The position numbers and the translations under genes were made by a program. The notes below the pieces were generated by a model. The model ran no database searches, was not told the DNA's origin, and was given only the letters and a program-made list of their open reading frames with translations. A stretch of DNA of 64,000 nt from an uncultured Candidatus Saccharibacteria bacterium. GTDB taxonomy: Bacteria; Patescibacteriota; Minisyncoccia; Phycocordibacterales; WO2-35-19. The DNA lies in contig CAZVUY010000001.1 of NCBI GenBank assembly GCA_964630525.1, positions 44,883 to 108,882 on the forward strand, read 5' to 3'. Below are positions 49,899-58,440 of the stretch, in pieces; within the stretch, counting starts at the first letter, position 1; each line of letters opens with the position of its first letter.

Positions 49899-50334
49899 CT
49901 ATAAAGTACAGCCGAGGTTATTAGAAACCTTGTTAGCTGCCCTATTGTAAGATTTCTCGGCAGACTCCACAGCTTTTGCCGCATTTTTGAGCACCCTAGC
50001 CTCATCTTTGGTGCGTTTCTGCAACGCTTTTTCTTTTTGTTTGGTTAGCTCTTGAATTATTTTTGGTCTGACCGACGAAGTATAAGAGGAGGCCCCAGAT
50101 ATTGCGGTATCGTATTTTTCTCTAACAGCACTAGTCAATGCTTGCTGCCTTGTTATTTCTAATTGTTGATTGGCTCTAGCAATAGTTAGGCTAGCAAAAT
50201 AATTGTCCCGATTTGCCAAGGACTTGGCGGTTGAATCTTTTACCCTCTGACTACACTCGGCAGCGTAGACAGAAGACGCCAAGAATAAAGTAAGGGCAAA
50301 CGTACCTGCTTTTATAAAATAATCTACTCTCATA
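49899..50334 (-). CDS. secreted hypothetical protein
   Basis: signal peptide; start set at MRVDYF to avoid overlap with the DUF378 gene. Confidence 0.4.
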
Positions 50335-50352
50335 AATTTATAGAACTCAATA

Positions 50353-50574
50353 TTACATTTGGCCAGTCGATTGACCGACTTTTGGCTCACAATGCTTGCA
50401 AGTATCACGATGGGTAAATACTTCAACCAAAGCCGCTAGGGCCACCAACAAATAAACCACTTTGGCTAGTCCCATCGGAAGAAACGAGCCAATCCCCCAC
50501 CCTAGTACTTCGAGTCCCCAATTGAGACCGCCGACGATAAGAAGAATAAAGGTGAGCGTATGCAAACTTTTCAT
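50353..50574 (-). CDS. DUF378-family small membrane protein
   Basis: 73 aa, two TM, GLNWGL motif. Confidence 0.6.
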   Translation of the reverse strand: MKSLHTLTFILLIVGGLNWGLEVLGWGIGSFLPMGLAKVVYLLVALAALVEVFTHRDTCKHCEPKVGQSTGQM

Positions 50575-50651
50575 ATTTGTTAAAAATTAAACAATCTTAC
50601 TAATACGAAGATTATATATTTGTTTTCAATTTTAATTAAGCAAAATTGTGT

Positions 50652-50677
50652 ACAAAAAAGCCACCAAGATGCGGTGG
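50652..50677 (-). terminator. rho-independent terminator (minus strand) ending a ~170-nt structured GC-rich region
   Basis: CCACCGCATCTTGGTGG followed by CTTTTTTGT on minus strand. Confidence 0.6.
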
Positions 50678-50850
50678 AGGGTTTTCGCACAACATGGTGG
50701 CTTTCGCAAAGAACATTCTCCAGCACCATTTTCGTCAAACAATTCGGCGAAATTACTTAACCAAAGTGGTGCTGGACAAAAGAAAGATCTCGTTGAACGC
50801 GATTTCGTAAGCCTTTGGTCTAATATCTCAAAAAAAATTATATGAGCGAA
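50678..50850 (-). ncRNA. candidate structured RNA / cis-regulatory leader upstream of the DUF378 gene (identity unknown)
   Basis: nested hairpins (12-bp stem CAGCACCAnTTT..AAAGTGGTGCTG; 10-bp stem AAAGCCACCA..TGGTGGCTTT), GC-rich island in a 455-nt AT-rich intergenic region, terminated by a canonical terminator. Confidence 0.35.
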
Positions 50851-51030
50851 GATATTTATATACCTTTACTTACTTATCAACCAAACCTTCTTTTTGCAAT
50901 CAATCATGATTGACAAAGAACTAATTGCTGAACTAATTGCTGATGATAACTTAAAAAATATCAGCGTCTGAAGATATTCTATGTCTTTTATAAAAGATGT
51001 AAAGGACAATCTGTGGAAAACTTCTGTCTT

Positions 51031-52530
51031 TTACTCTACATGATGCTTGTCTCTTATTTCCTTGACCTTCTTTTCTTCTTCCAATTCCCTCTTTTCCTTG
51101 CCTTTATCTCCCAACTTTTTGAGTTCTTCTTCTGGCAATTTGGAAAGTTCGACTACCCTACTTGTCAAATACTCCTCGATATTCAAGTCGGGCTTGTCCA
51201 ATACCTCTTCAAGCAAAGCATTCAATATTTGGCCGATTTTGGGCCCAGGAGGAATAGAAAGAAGATTCATGATCCCCTGCCCATCAATTTTGAGCATTCC
51301 TACGGAAATCGGGTCGGCCATGACCTCTTCAATCATTGATTGGTATTTTCTCAGCCTGTAGGGCTTTTCTTTGGGCCTACCAGTGCCTATCCGGTCACAC
51401 AACCTAACATTTACAAGATCCCATATTTTGTCCTTGCCAACATTTGCAATAAGCCTCCTAACAGCTGAATGAGTGATTGTTTCTGTGTCAGAGAAAAACA
51501 TATGCCATCTGACCAGACTAACAACATTGTCTATAGTTTCACGTGAAAACTTTAGATTTTCCAATATCTTCCTAGTTACACGTGAACCAACCACCTCATG
51601 GCCATAAAAAGTCCATTGCTTAGCCTCTTTATCCCACCGACGGGTAGCTGGTTTTGCAATATCATGCAACAAAGCCGCCAATCTGACGTGGAGGGGATAT
51701 TCTTTATCTGCTGAATGCTGGAGAGTTTTCAACAGGTGAGTCCAAACATCGTAAGAATGGGCTTTATTTTGCTCCACACCCACACTTTCTATCAATTCCG
51801 GCACTACATACTGCAGAATCCCCAATTTGTGCAATATCTGTAGACCAAGCATGGGGGCAGGGGACATAATTATCTTTATAAACTCATCCTTAATCCTTTC
51901 CTTTGAAATATGTTGCAAAATATGGCTATTTTCAAAAATGGCTTTTTCTGTTTCTGGATCGATAGCAAACCCCAGTTCCACATGAAACCGGACCGCTCTC
52001 AACATTCGGAGACCGTCTTCTGTAAATCGGTCCTTTGGAATACCTACTGTTTTTATTGTATTTTGAGCTAAATCCAGCACTCCACCGAATAGGTCGATTA
52101 TTTCACCAGTCTCCGGATCGTATGCAATAGCGTTTATAGTAAAATCGCGCCTTTTTAGATCGTCCTCTAGATTTTGACTGAAAACAACCTCATCTGGACG
52201 ACGATGGTCAGAATAAGCACCTTCCAGCCTATAAGGGGTGACTTCTATCACTTTTAAAGTTTCATCAGAAACAAATTCATCTACTATCGCCACAGTACCA
52301 AATTTATTTTCATAAAAAGTTTTTGGGAATAGGGGAATGATCTGTTCAGGGGTAGCATTGGTTGTCAGATCCCAGTCTTTAGGTTTTCTACCCATAAACA
52401 AGTCTCTCACACACCCTCCAACCAAATACGCCTCAAAACCGCCCCCTTTTAGGGTTCTGGTTACACGAGAAACACTCTCGGGAATATCGAATTTTGTTAT
52501 TTTAGCCTTATTTTGCATGGGTTTTACCAA
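51031..52530 (-). CDS. cca: CCA-adding tRNA nucleotidyltransferase with HD domain
   Basis: GGCVRD...DWD polymerase-beta motif; HD domain LLHDIAKP. Confidence 0.85.
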   Translation of the reverse strand: MVKPMQNKAKITKFDIPESVSRVTRTLKGGGFEAYLVGGCVRDLFMGRKPKDWDLTTNATPEQIIPLFPKTFYENKFGTVAIVDEFVSDETLKVIEVTPYRLEGAYSDHRRPDEVVFSQNLEDDLKRRDFTINAIAYDPETGEIIDLFGGVLDLAQNTIKTVGIPKDRFTEDGLRMLRAVRFHVELGFAIDPETEKAIFENSHILQHISKERIKDEFIKIIMSPAPMLGLQILHKLGILQYVVPELIESVGVEQNKAHSYDVWTHLLKTLQHSADKEYPLHVRLAALLHDIAKPATRRWDKEAKQWTFYGHEVVGSRVTRKILENLKFSRETIDNVVSLVRWHMFFSDTETITHSAVRRLIANVGKDKIWDLVNVRLCDRIGTGRPKEKPYRLRKYQSMIEEVMADPISVGMLKIDGQGIMNLLSIPPGPKIGQILNALLEEVLDKPDLNIEEYLTSRVVELSKLPEEELKKLGDKGKEKRELEEEKKVKEIRDKHHVE

Positions 52531-52559
52531 ATCTAAAGCAGTTTAGATTTTTTGCTTTG

Positions 52560-52680
52560 TGCTCCCGGAGGGACTCTTTCCTTACAGGAACGGTACACCT
52601 TTCGTATCTCACTTCGCTCGATATACTCAAAGTTTTCTCGTCCCTCTCGCAAGTAAAGCAGTTTACTTGCTTGGTCGCTG
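52560..52680 (-). other. tRNA-Arg-adjacent element B (conserved hairpin GCAAGTAAA-CTGC-TTTACTTGC with compensatory change; ends in a perfect 17-nt duplicate of the tRNA-Arg 3' end)
   Basis: GAGTCCCTCCGGGAGCA duplicated at 52560-52576 and in tRNA 52681-52697. Confidence 0.65.
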
Positions 52681-52752
52681 TGCTCCCGGAGGGACTCGAA
52701 CCCCCAACAACGGTTCCGAAGACCGTTGTGATATCCATTTCACCACGGGAGC
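52681..52752 (-). tRNA. tRNA-Arg (TCG)
   Basis: GCTCCCG acceptor, anticodon loop CTTCGGA, GGGGGTTCGAGTCCCTC T-arm. Confidence 0.8.
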
Positions 52753-52834
52753 AATAGGGGAATAATACCACGAAAAATACAAAAAAGAATTAGTGCTTAC
52801 ACCGCGTAGTGCCGAAAACAGGTGAAGTACGAAG

Positions 52835-52908
52835 TGGTGCGGCTAGGGAGAATCGAACTCCCGTCTCATCCTTGGCAAGGACGTGTCCTACCACTAAACT
52901 ATAGCCGC
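52835..52908 (-). tRNA. tRNA-Gly (GCC)
   Basis: GCGGCTA acceptor, anticodon loop TTGCCAA, GGGAGTTCGATTCTCCC T-arm, CCA encoded. Confidence 0.85.
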
Positions 52909-52964
52909 TTACTTATTAATCTATCATAGCAGTTATTTTTTTACAAAATTATTGAGAGATTGTT

Positions 52965-53072
52965 AGGCGCCAGATCATTCCTTCTCTCGCTACGGAAATT
53001 TTTTGCTAAAAATTTCCTTGTCCTCAGCTTTCCAGCAGCTTCCGGAAGCTCGTTCAGGAACAATCTGGCGCC
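52965..53072. repeat. ~108-bp imperfect hairpin element with 11-bp terminal inverted repeats (AGGCGCCAGAT) and internal palindromes
   Basis: seen in sequence; in the divergent region between the tRNA genes and yraN. Confidence 0.5.
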
Positions 53073-53212
53073 TTCCAAAACCGTAAAAATGTCCGAAAAG
53101 TGTTAAAATGACTTTGTGGTCTAGTTCCCCTTATTTTTCAATAAAATTACCGATCTGACAGACAAACTGGGGATAACTATGGGGACATTGTGTAAAAGTC
53201 AAAGCCAGAATT

Positions 53213-53614
53213 ATGGCAAAACATAACGAAATTGGTCAAATAGGGGAGAGTCTAGCCTCAAAATATGTTGAAAACAAAGGGTTTTTTGTTATAGACAGAA
53301 ATTATCGGAAAAAGTGGGGGGAATTGGACATAATTGCGGAAAAGGACGGGGTTATTCACTTTATTGAAGTAAAAACAGTGAGCCGGAGAAGTTATGGGGA
53401 GAAGGGTAGGTTTGAGCAGGAGATCAATAACTACCGTCCAGAGGACAATATGCACCCTTGGAAGCTGCAGCGACTCCGTCGAGCGATCCAAACCTACTTA
53501 TTGGAAAAATACCGGAGTAAAGAGCCGCCTTGGCAATTTGACCTCGCTTGTGTCTTTTTGGATCAAGAAAAGCGAGTGGCAAAAATAAGATTTATGGAAA
53601 ATCTGATTTTATGA
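53213..53614 (+). CDS. YraN-family (UPF0102) predicted endonuclease
   Basis: GESLASKYVENKGFFVIDRNYRKKWGELDIIA pattern. Confidence 0.7.
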   Translation: MAKHNEIGQIGESLASKYVENKGFFVIDRNYRKKWGELDIIAEKDGVIHFIEVKTVSRRSYGEKGRFEQEINNYRPEDNMHPWKLQRLRRAIQTYLLEKYRSKEPPWQFDLACVFLDQEKRVAKIRFMENLIL

Positions 53615-53666
53615 TAGGCTTATCTGGTAAAGTCCGCCTACGGTAAAGCCAAGGGCGCGACAAAGA

Positions 53667-53737
53667 CGGGGTGTAGTACAGTGGTAGTATACACGCTTTG
53701 GGAGCGTGAGATCCGAGTTCGATTCTCGGCACCCCGA
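53667..53737 (+). tRNA. tRNA-Pro (TGG)
   Basis: C1-G72 acceptor CGGGGTG, anticodon loop TTTGGGA, CCGAGTTCGATTCTCGG T-arm, A73. Confidence 0.8.
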
Positions 53738-53891
53738 ACGCAGTGAGGAGAGCAAGCAAACTGTTTTGCTTGCGTCCGGAATCGAAAGCCGGAGTATGTT
53801 TTTTGTAGCAACAAAAAACTACGAGGCGGGGTCGCAGAAATTTGCGAGTGACGACGAGCAAATTATCTGTGACCGATTCTCGGTACCCCGA
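53738..53891 (+). other. tRNA-Pro-adjacent element C (conserved hairpin GCAAGCAAA-CTGT-TTTGCTTGC; ends in a 19/20 duplicate of the tRNA-Pro 3' end)
   Basis: CGATTCTCGGTACCCCGA at 53874-53891 vs tRNA 3' end CGATTCTCGGCACCCCGA. Confidence 0.65.
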
Positions 53892-53919
53892 CCAAAAAAT
53901 ATGCTAATTTAAGGAGTAG

Positions 53920-53990
53920 CAGGCTATCGGATAGTGGTAGTCCACGCCCATGGGGTGGGTGAAGCGGCAGTTCGATTCTGCCTAGCCTGA
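53920..53990 (+). tRNA. tRNA-Pro (GGG)
   Basis: C1-G72 acceptor CAGGCTA/TAGCCTG, anticodon loop ATGGGGT, GGCAGTTCGATTCTGCC T-arm. Confidence 0.65.
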
Positions 53991-54001
53991 CAAAGATATA
54001 T

Positions 54002-55753
54002 TTGCAATATGCTATCATCTCTCTTATGCCAAAAAAGTATGCTCTTAGAGAGAAGTTAGACAAGAAGGCGGCAAAAGAGCTGTCAGAATACGATGGTTTG
54101 ACAGCCCAACTCTTGTTTAATAGGGGAGTCCGGACAAAAAAAGAGGCAGATCACTTTTTGAACCCAAATTTCACCGAGCATCTCCATGACCCTTTTTTGC
54201 TTAAAGATTTGAACAAAGCAGCAGATCGCGTTCTAGAGGCAATAAAAAACAATGAGAAGATCGCCATTTGGAGCGACTATGATGCTGATGGTATCCCAGG
54301 CGGCGCCCTGCTCCATGACTTTTTTAAGTTAATCGGCTACCAAAATTTCACCAACCATATCCCAAACCGCCAAACTGAAGGTTATGGTTTAAACACTGAA
54401 GGAATTGAAAGATTGAAAGAAGAAAAGATTGAAATATTAATCACCGTAGATTGCGGGATCCGGGATCATAAGCAGATTGAGCTCGCTAACAAATTGGGAA
54501 TGGAGGTGATCGTGACCGATCATCACGAACCAGCAGAAGAGTTGCCGACGGCATACGCAATCGTCAACCCAAAAAGAAATGATTCAGGCTACCCAGAACA
54601 AGTCTTGTGCGGTACGGGAGTGATCTGGAAATTGATTGAAGGGATTTTAAAAACTAAAAGGACTTTTATTAAAGATGGTCAGCCCTTCGACCTTGCTCAG
54701 GGTAAAGAGAAGTGGTTGCTGGATTTGGTTGGCATCGCCACACTTTCCGACATGGTACCGCTCACTGGGGAGAACCGTGCACTTGCTCACTTTGGTCTTT
54801 CAGTTTTGAGAAAAAGTCGCCGACCGGGACTGAAAAAACTTTTTGAAATGTTAAAAATAAATAAAGATCAGGTGACCGAAGATGATATCGGCTTCCTGAT
54901 CACTCCACGTATCAATGCCGCTTCACGGATGGGTCAGCCGATCGATGCTTTCAGATTACTCACCGCAAGCAACGAATCGGAAGCAGAACTTTACGCCAAA
55001 CATCTCGACGGCATAAACAACGAAAGAAAAGGGATGGTTGCAAGTATCGTCAAAGAAGCTAAAAAAATAATCAGAGAAAAATTCGAGAACAGTGGCGAAC
55101 AAAAAATAATCGTTCTGGGCAATCCAAACTGGCGACCAGCTCTACTTGGGTTAGTCGCCAACTCAATCGCCGAGGAATACAACCGACCAGTTTTTCTTTG
55201 GGGTAGGGAGGGCGGCGAACTTATCAAAGGTTCTTGTCGGTCGGACGGCTCGACCAATCTGGTCACTATCATGGAAAACACTCGAGAAATTTTTATCGAA
55301 TTTGGTGGTCACAAACTCTCTGGTGGTTTTTCGATCGATTACGAAAAAATTCACGTTCTTGAAGAATCCCTGATCGCCGCTTCTTCGCACACGGTCAATG
55401 AAGAAAGTGAGGTGCTAGTTGATACAGAAATAAATTTGAGAGATGTTTCGGAAGAGACAGTCAAAAAAATTTCACGGCTCGCCCCTTTTGGAGTCGGCAA
55501 TGAAAAACCAGTTTTCGTTTTTAGAGATGTGATAGCAGAGAAAATAAATCGCTTTGGCAAAAACAGAGAGCACCTCTCCATCAACTTGGTTGATGGCTTG
55601 ACCAAAGCTAAAGCAATCTCTTTTTTTACTTCACCTGATCAGTTTGGAGAAAAATTAAAGGAGGGTATGAAAACCAATCTGGTAGCCAATGTCGAAAAAT
55701 CCTACTACAACGGTTCATCCGAAATCCGGCTGCGCATTGTAGATTTTTTCTAA
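54002..55753 (+). CDS. recJ: single-stranded-DNA-specific exonuclease RecJ
   Basis: DHH motifs ITVDCGI, VTDHHEP; DHHA1 region. Confidence 0.88.
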   Translation: MQYAIISLMPKKYALREKLDKKAAKELSEYDGLTAQLLFNRGVRTKKEADHFLNPNFTEHLHDPFLLKDLNKAADRVLEAIKNNEKIAIWSDYDADGIPGGALLHDFFKLIGYQNFTNHIPNRQTEGYGLNTEGIERLKEEKIEILITVDCGIRDHKQIELANKLGMEVIVTDHHEPAEELPTAYAIVNPKRNDSGYPEQVLCGTGVIWKLIEGILKTKRTFIKDGQPFDLAQGKEKWLLDLVGIATLSDMVPLTGENRALAHFGLSVLRKSRRPGLKKLFEMLKINKDQVTEDDIGFLITPRINAASRMGQPIDAFRLLTASNESEAELYAKHLDGINNERKGMVASIVKEAKKIIREKFENSGEQKIIVLGNPNWRPALLGLVANSIAEEYNRPVFLWGREGGELIKGSCRSDGSTNLVTIMENTREIFIEFGGHKLSGGFSIDYEKIHVLEESLIAASSHTVNEESEVLVDTEINLRDVSEETVKKISRLAPFGVGNEKPVFVFRDVIAEKINRFGKNREHLSINLVDGLTKAKAISFFTSPDQFGEKLKEGMKTNLVANVEKSYYNGSSEIRLRIVDFF

Positions 55754-55764
55754 ATAGTTAAAAT

Positions 55765-56250
55765 TTGAATATGGACAAAAAAATCATTTACACCGACGGA
55801 TCTTCCAAAGGCAACCCAGGGTCCGGCGGCTATGCAGTAATAATTGTTGATGAAAAAAATGTTGTTGAGATTGGCGGCCATGAACCACTGACCACCAACA
55901 ACCGAATGGAAATGACAGCGGCGATCGAAGCACTCAAGAAAACTCCGGAGGGTACCGAGATCGAAATCCATACCGACTCAGAATACTTAATGAAAGGAGC
56001 AACTATCTGGATTAAAAATTGGCAAAAAAATAATTGGCGCACTAAAGACAGGAAAGATGTTTTGAATAGAGATTTGTGGGAAATAATTTTTGAAGAGACC
56101 GAAAAAAGAAATGTGACTTGGCAAAAGGTACTTGGTCACTCTGGTCATGTTTTCAACGAACGCTGCGACGAGATCGCTCAGGATTTGGCTGATGGCAAAA
56201 ATGTTTCGCTATATAATGGCTTAAAACAAGGCTATAAATTGTTTCATTGA
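55765..56250 (+). CDS. rnhA: ribonuclease HI
   Basis: YTDGSSKGNPGSGGYAVI...NNRMEMTAAIEAL...IHTDSEY. Confidence 0.88.
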   Translation: MNMDKKIIYTDGSSKGNPGSGGYAVIIVDEKNVVEIGGHEPLTTNNRMEMTAAIEALKKTPEGTEIEIHTDSEYLMKGATIWIKNWQKNNWRTKDRKDVLNRDLWEIIFEETEKRNVTWQKVLGHSGHVFNERCDEIAQDLADGKNVSLYNGLKQGYKLFH

Positions 56251-57740
56251 TGATTTACCTTTCCGTAGTTTCATTCTCACTCGGCTTAATCTTAGAAAAA
56301 TATCTGCTGTTCGGCCCAAGTTTCGCTTTACTTGTCCTGACCGTCTCAGCAATTTCCGGTTTGATCCTTTTCAAAAATCGCGAGCAAGCATTTTTAGTTT
56401 TGCTGATCGGCCTCTCATTTGGTTTTGGAATTTTGAGAATGAGTTTTGCTCACCCAAATCCTGATCCGATCTTACTCCAATCAGTCGGCCAAAAAATTTC
56501 TTTCGAGGCCACTATCGCCGACGAGCCAGACAAGCGCGACACCTCGACCCGTTACACAGTCAGCTCTCAAAAATCTAATTCTAAAATATTATTGGTTGCT
56601 GATCGATTTCCTGAGTTTCAATATGGCGACCAAGTTTTGATTGCTGGAAAACTGGAAGAGCCGAAAAATTTCACACCAGAAACAACCAATATCGAGTTTG
56701 ATTATGTTTCTTATCTCGCTAAAGATAAAATTCATTTTTTGGTTTACCAGCCAGAAATAACAAAACTGAAAGAGGGGCAAGGGAACAGAATGATCGCCAC
56801 ACTTTATTTGCTCAAAAATAAATTCATCGAAAACATAAACGCAGCCATCCCCGAACCAAACAGCTCACTTTTAAACGGCGTCATTTTGGGCGCCAAACAA
56901 TCTTTGGGTGAAAAACTTTTGACCGATTTCAAAAATGTTGGGCTCATCCACATCGTTGTTCTCTCTGGTTACAATCTCACTTTGATCATTGTCGGAGTGC
57001 TGTCTGTCGCTGCTTATTTTGGTAAAAGAAAATTGGGTTTTGTAGTTTCTATTTTTCTCCTAATTATTTTTTCCTTGATGGTGGGTCTGGGGGCGACTGT
57101 GATCCGCGCTGCGATCATGGCGCTGATCGCTATCTTGGCCAAACATCTTGGTCGACCAAACGATGCTCTCCGAGCTCTTTTTGTCGCTGGAATTTTGATG
57201 CTGCTTTGGAACCCACTTCTTTTGACTCACGATCCTTCTTTTCAACTTTCTTTCATGGCCACCTTGGGTCTGATTTTGTTTTCGCCTTTTTTGGAAACCT
57301 GGATCAGTCGACAAAAATGGTCTAGGTTCATCCCAATCAAAGGTGGGGTGCGAGAAATATTGGCTTCCACTTTTGCTGTCCAACTTTTCTTGCTGCCGTT
57401 TCTCATCAAAATGTCTGGCACTTTTTCTTTGATTTCTTTTTTGGTAAACCTGATCGTATTGCCGCTAGTGCCAACCTTAATGTTTTTGGGTTTTGCGACC
57501 GGTCTTTCAGGATTCCTGCCCTTTATCGGTAAATTTGTGGCTTGGCTGTTTAGTATACCTTCTTATGTTTTGTCTCAAACAATAATTTTGGTTACCGAAT
57601 TTTCTGTTCAATTGCCTTTCTCTTTTATTCAAATCAGCAGCTTACCAACTTGGTTAGTTTTATTTTGGTACAGTGGTTATGCTCTCCTTTTCTGGAAATT
57701 AAAGCAAAATAATTCTGCGAGCGTGCCTTGCGCAGGCTGA
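56247..57740 (+). CDS. comEC: ComEC/Rec2 competence protein, membrane channel part (DUF4131 + competence domain)
   Basis: multi-TM; GLIHIVVLSGYNLTLI motif; last 12 codons are supplied by a MITE-like element. Confidence 0.8.
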   Translation: MMIYLSVVSFSLGLILEKYLLFGPSFALLVLTVSAISGLILFKNREQAFLVLLIGLSFGFGILRMSFAHPNPDPILLQSVGQKISFEATIADEPDKRDTSTRYTVSSQKSNSKILLVADRFPEFQYGDQVLIAGKLEEPKNFTPETTNIEFDYVSYLAKDKIHFLVYQPEITKLKEGQGNRMIATLYLLKNKFIENINAAIPEPNSSLLNGVILGAKQSLGEKLLTDFKNVGLIHIVVLSGYNLTLIIVGVLSVAAYFGKRKLGFVVSIFLLIIFSLMVGLGATVIRAAIMALIAILAKHLGRPNDALRALFVAGILMLLWNPLLLTHDPSFQLSFMATLGLILFSPFLETWISRQKWSRFIPIKGGVREILASTFAVQLFLLPFLIKMSGTFSLISFLVNLIVLPLVPTLMFLGFATGLSGFLPFIGKFVAWLFSIPSYVLSQTIILVTEFSVQLPFSFIQISSLPTWLVLFWYSGYALLFWKLKQNNSASVPCAG

Positions 57741-57804
57741 CGAGCCGAGCAGAGCAAATTTTCAGCAGAAAATTATGCGTGCTAAGCGAGTAGAATTATT
57801 TTGC
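57704..57804. mobile_element. ~101-bp MITE-like element with 13-bp terminal inverted repeats (GCAAAATAATTCT), homologous to 33580-33689
   Basis: TIRs at 57704-57716 and 57792-57804; shared internal TTTTCTGCTGAAAA and GCAAGGCACGCTC blocks. Confidence 0.55.
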
Positions 57805-57825
57805 TTAAACTCTAATAAATGAAAA

Positions 57826-58419
57826 TTATTTCGCGACCACAAAATTTCTTTCAATATTTTGCCAGTTGAGATTGGCAAAAAAATCTTCGACATACTGTTT
57901 CTTGCCCGAAGGCTGGTAGTCGGCTACATAAGAATGTTCCCACATATCAAGCGCCAAAATCAGGGTGCAGTCTTGTAGTTGGCCCAAGTGTTGTTCATCG
58001 ATCCAAGCATTTAGCAAACGTTTATCTTTGCGATCATAATAGAGCATCGCCCAACCAATGCCGCGCGTTAGAGCTGTTGCTTTAAATTGTTCGAGCCAAC
58101 CTTCGAAAGACCCGAAATCAATTTCAATTTGAGATTTCAATTCGCTTTCACCAGGAAGATCAGTGGCACCTTCGGAAAGGGAGTCGAAATAAACTTCATG
58201 ATTGCGCATACCGTTGTATTCGAAACCAAACCTTCTTTGGACTTCGCCTAGCGCATAAGCATTGGCCTCAGCATCCACTTTGAGTGATTCGATCTTTTCC
58301 AAAATCAAATTGCTGTGCTTCACATAACCTTCGTAAAGTTTTAGATGTTCTTCAATATTTTTTTGGGAAATACCTTTTAAGCCCGGGATATTAAATTTTT
58401 TAGATTCAAATTTTTTCAT
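57826..58419 (-). CDS. sodA: Fe/Mn superoxide dismutase
   Basis: DMWEHSYV motif. Confidence 0.88.
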   Translation of the reverse strand: MKKFESKKFNIPGLKGISQKNIEEHLKLYEGYVKHSNLILEKIESLKVDAEANAYALGEVQRRFGFEYNGMRNHEVYFDSLSEGATDLPGESELKSQIEIDFGSFEGWLEQFKATALTRGIGWAMLYYDRKDKRLLNAWIDEQHLGQLQDCTLILALDMWEHSYVADYQPSGKKQYVEDFFANLNWQNIERNFVVAK

Positions 58420-58440
58420 ACTATAATAATAGCATATTCG

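Noticed and set aside
53592-53912. 89-aa minus and 68-aa plus ORFs
   Set aside because: Overlap tRNA-Pro and its adjacent element
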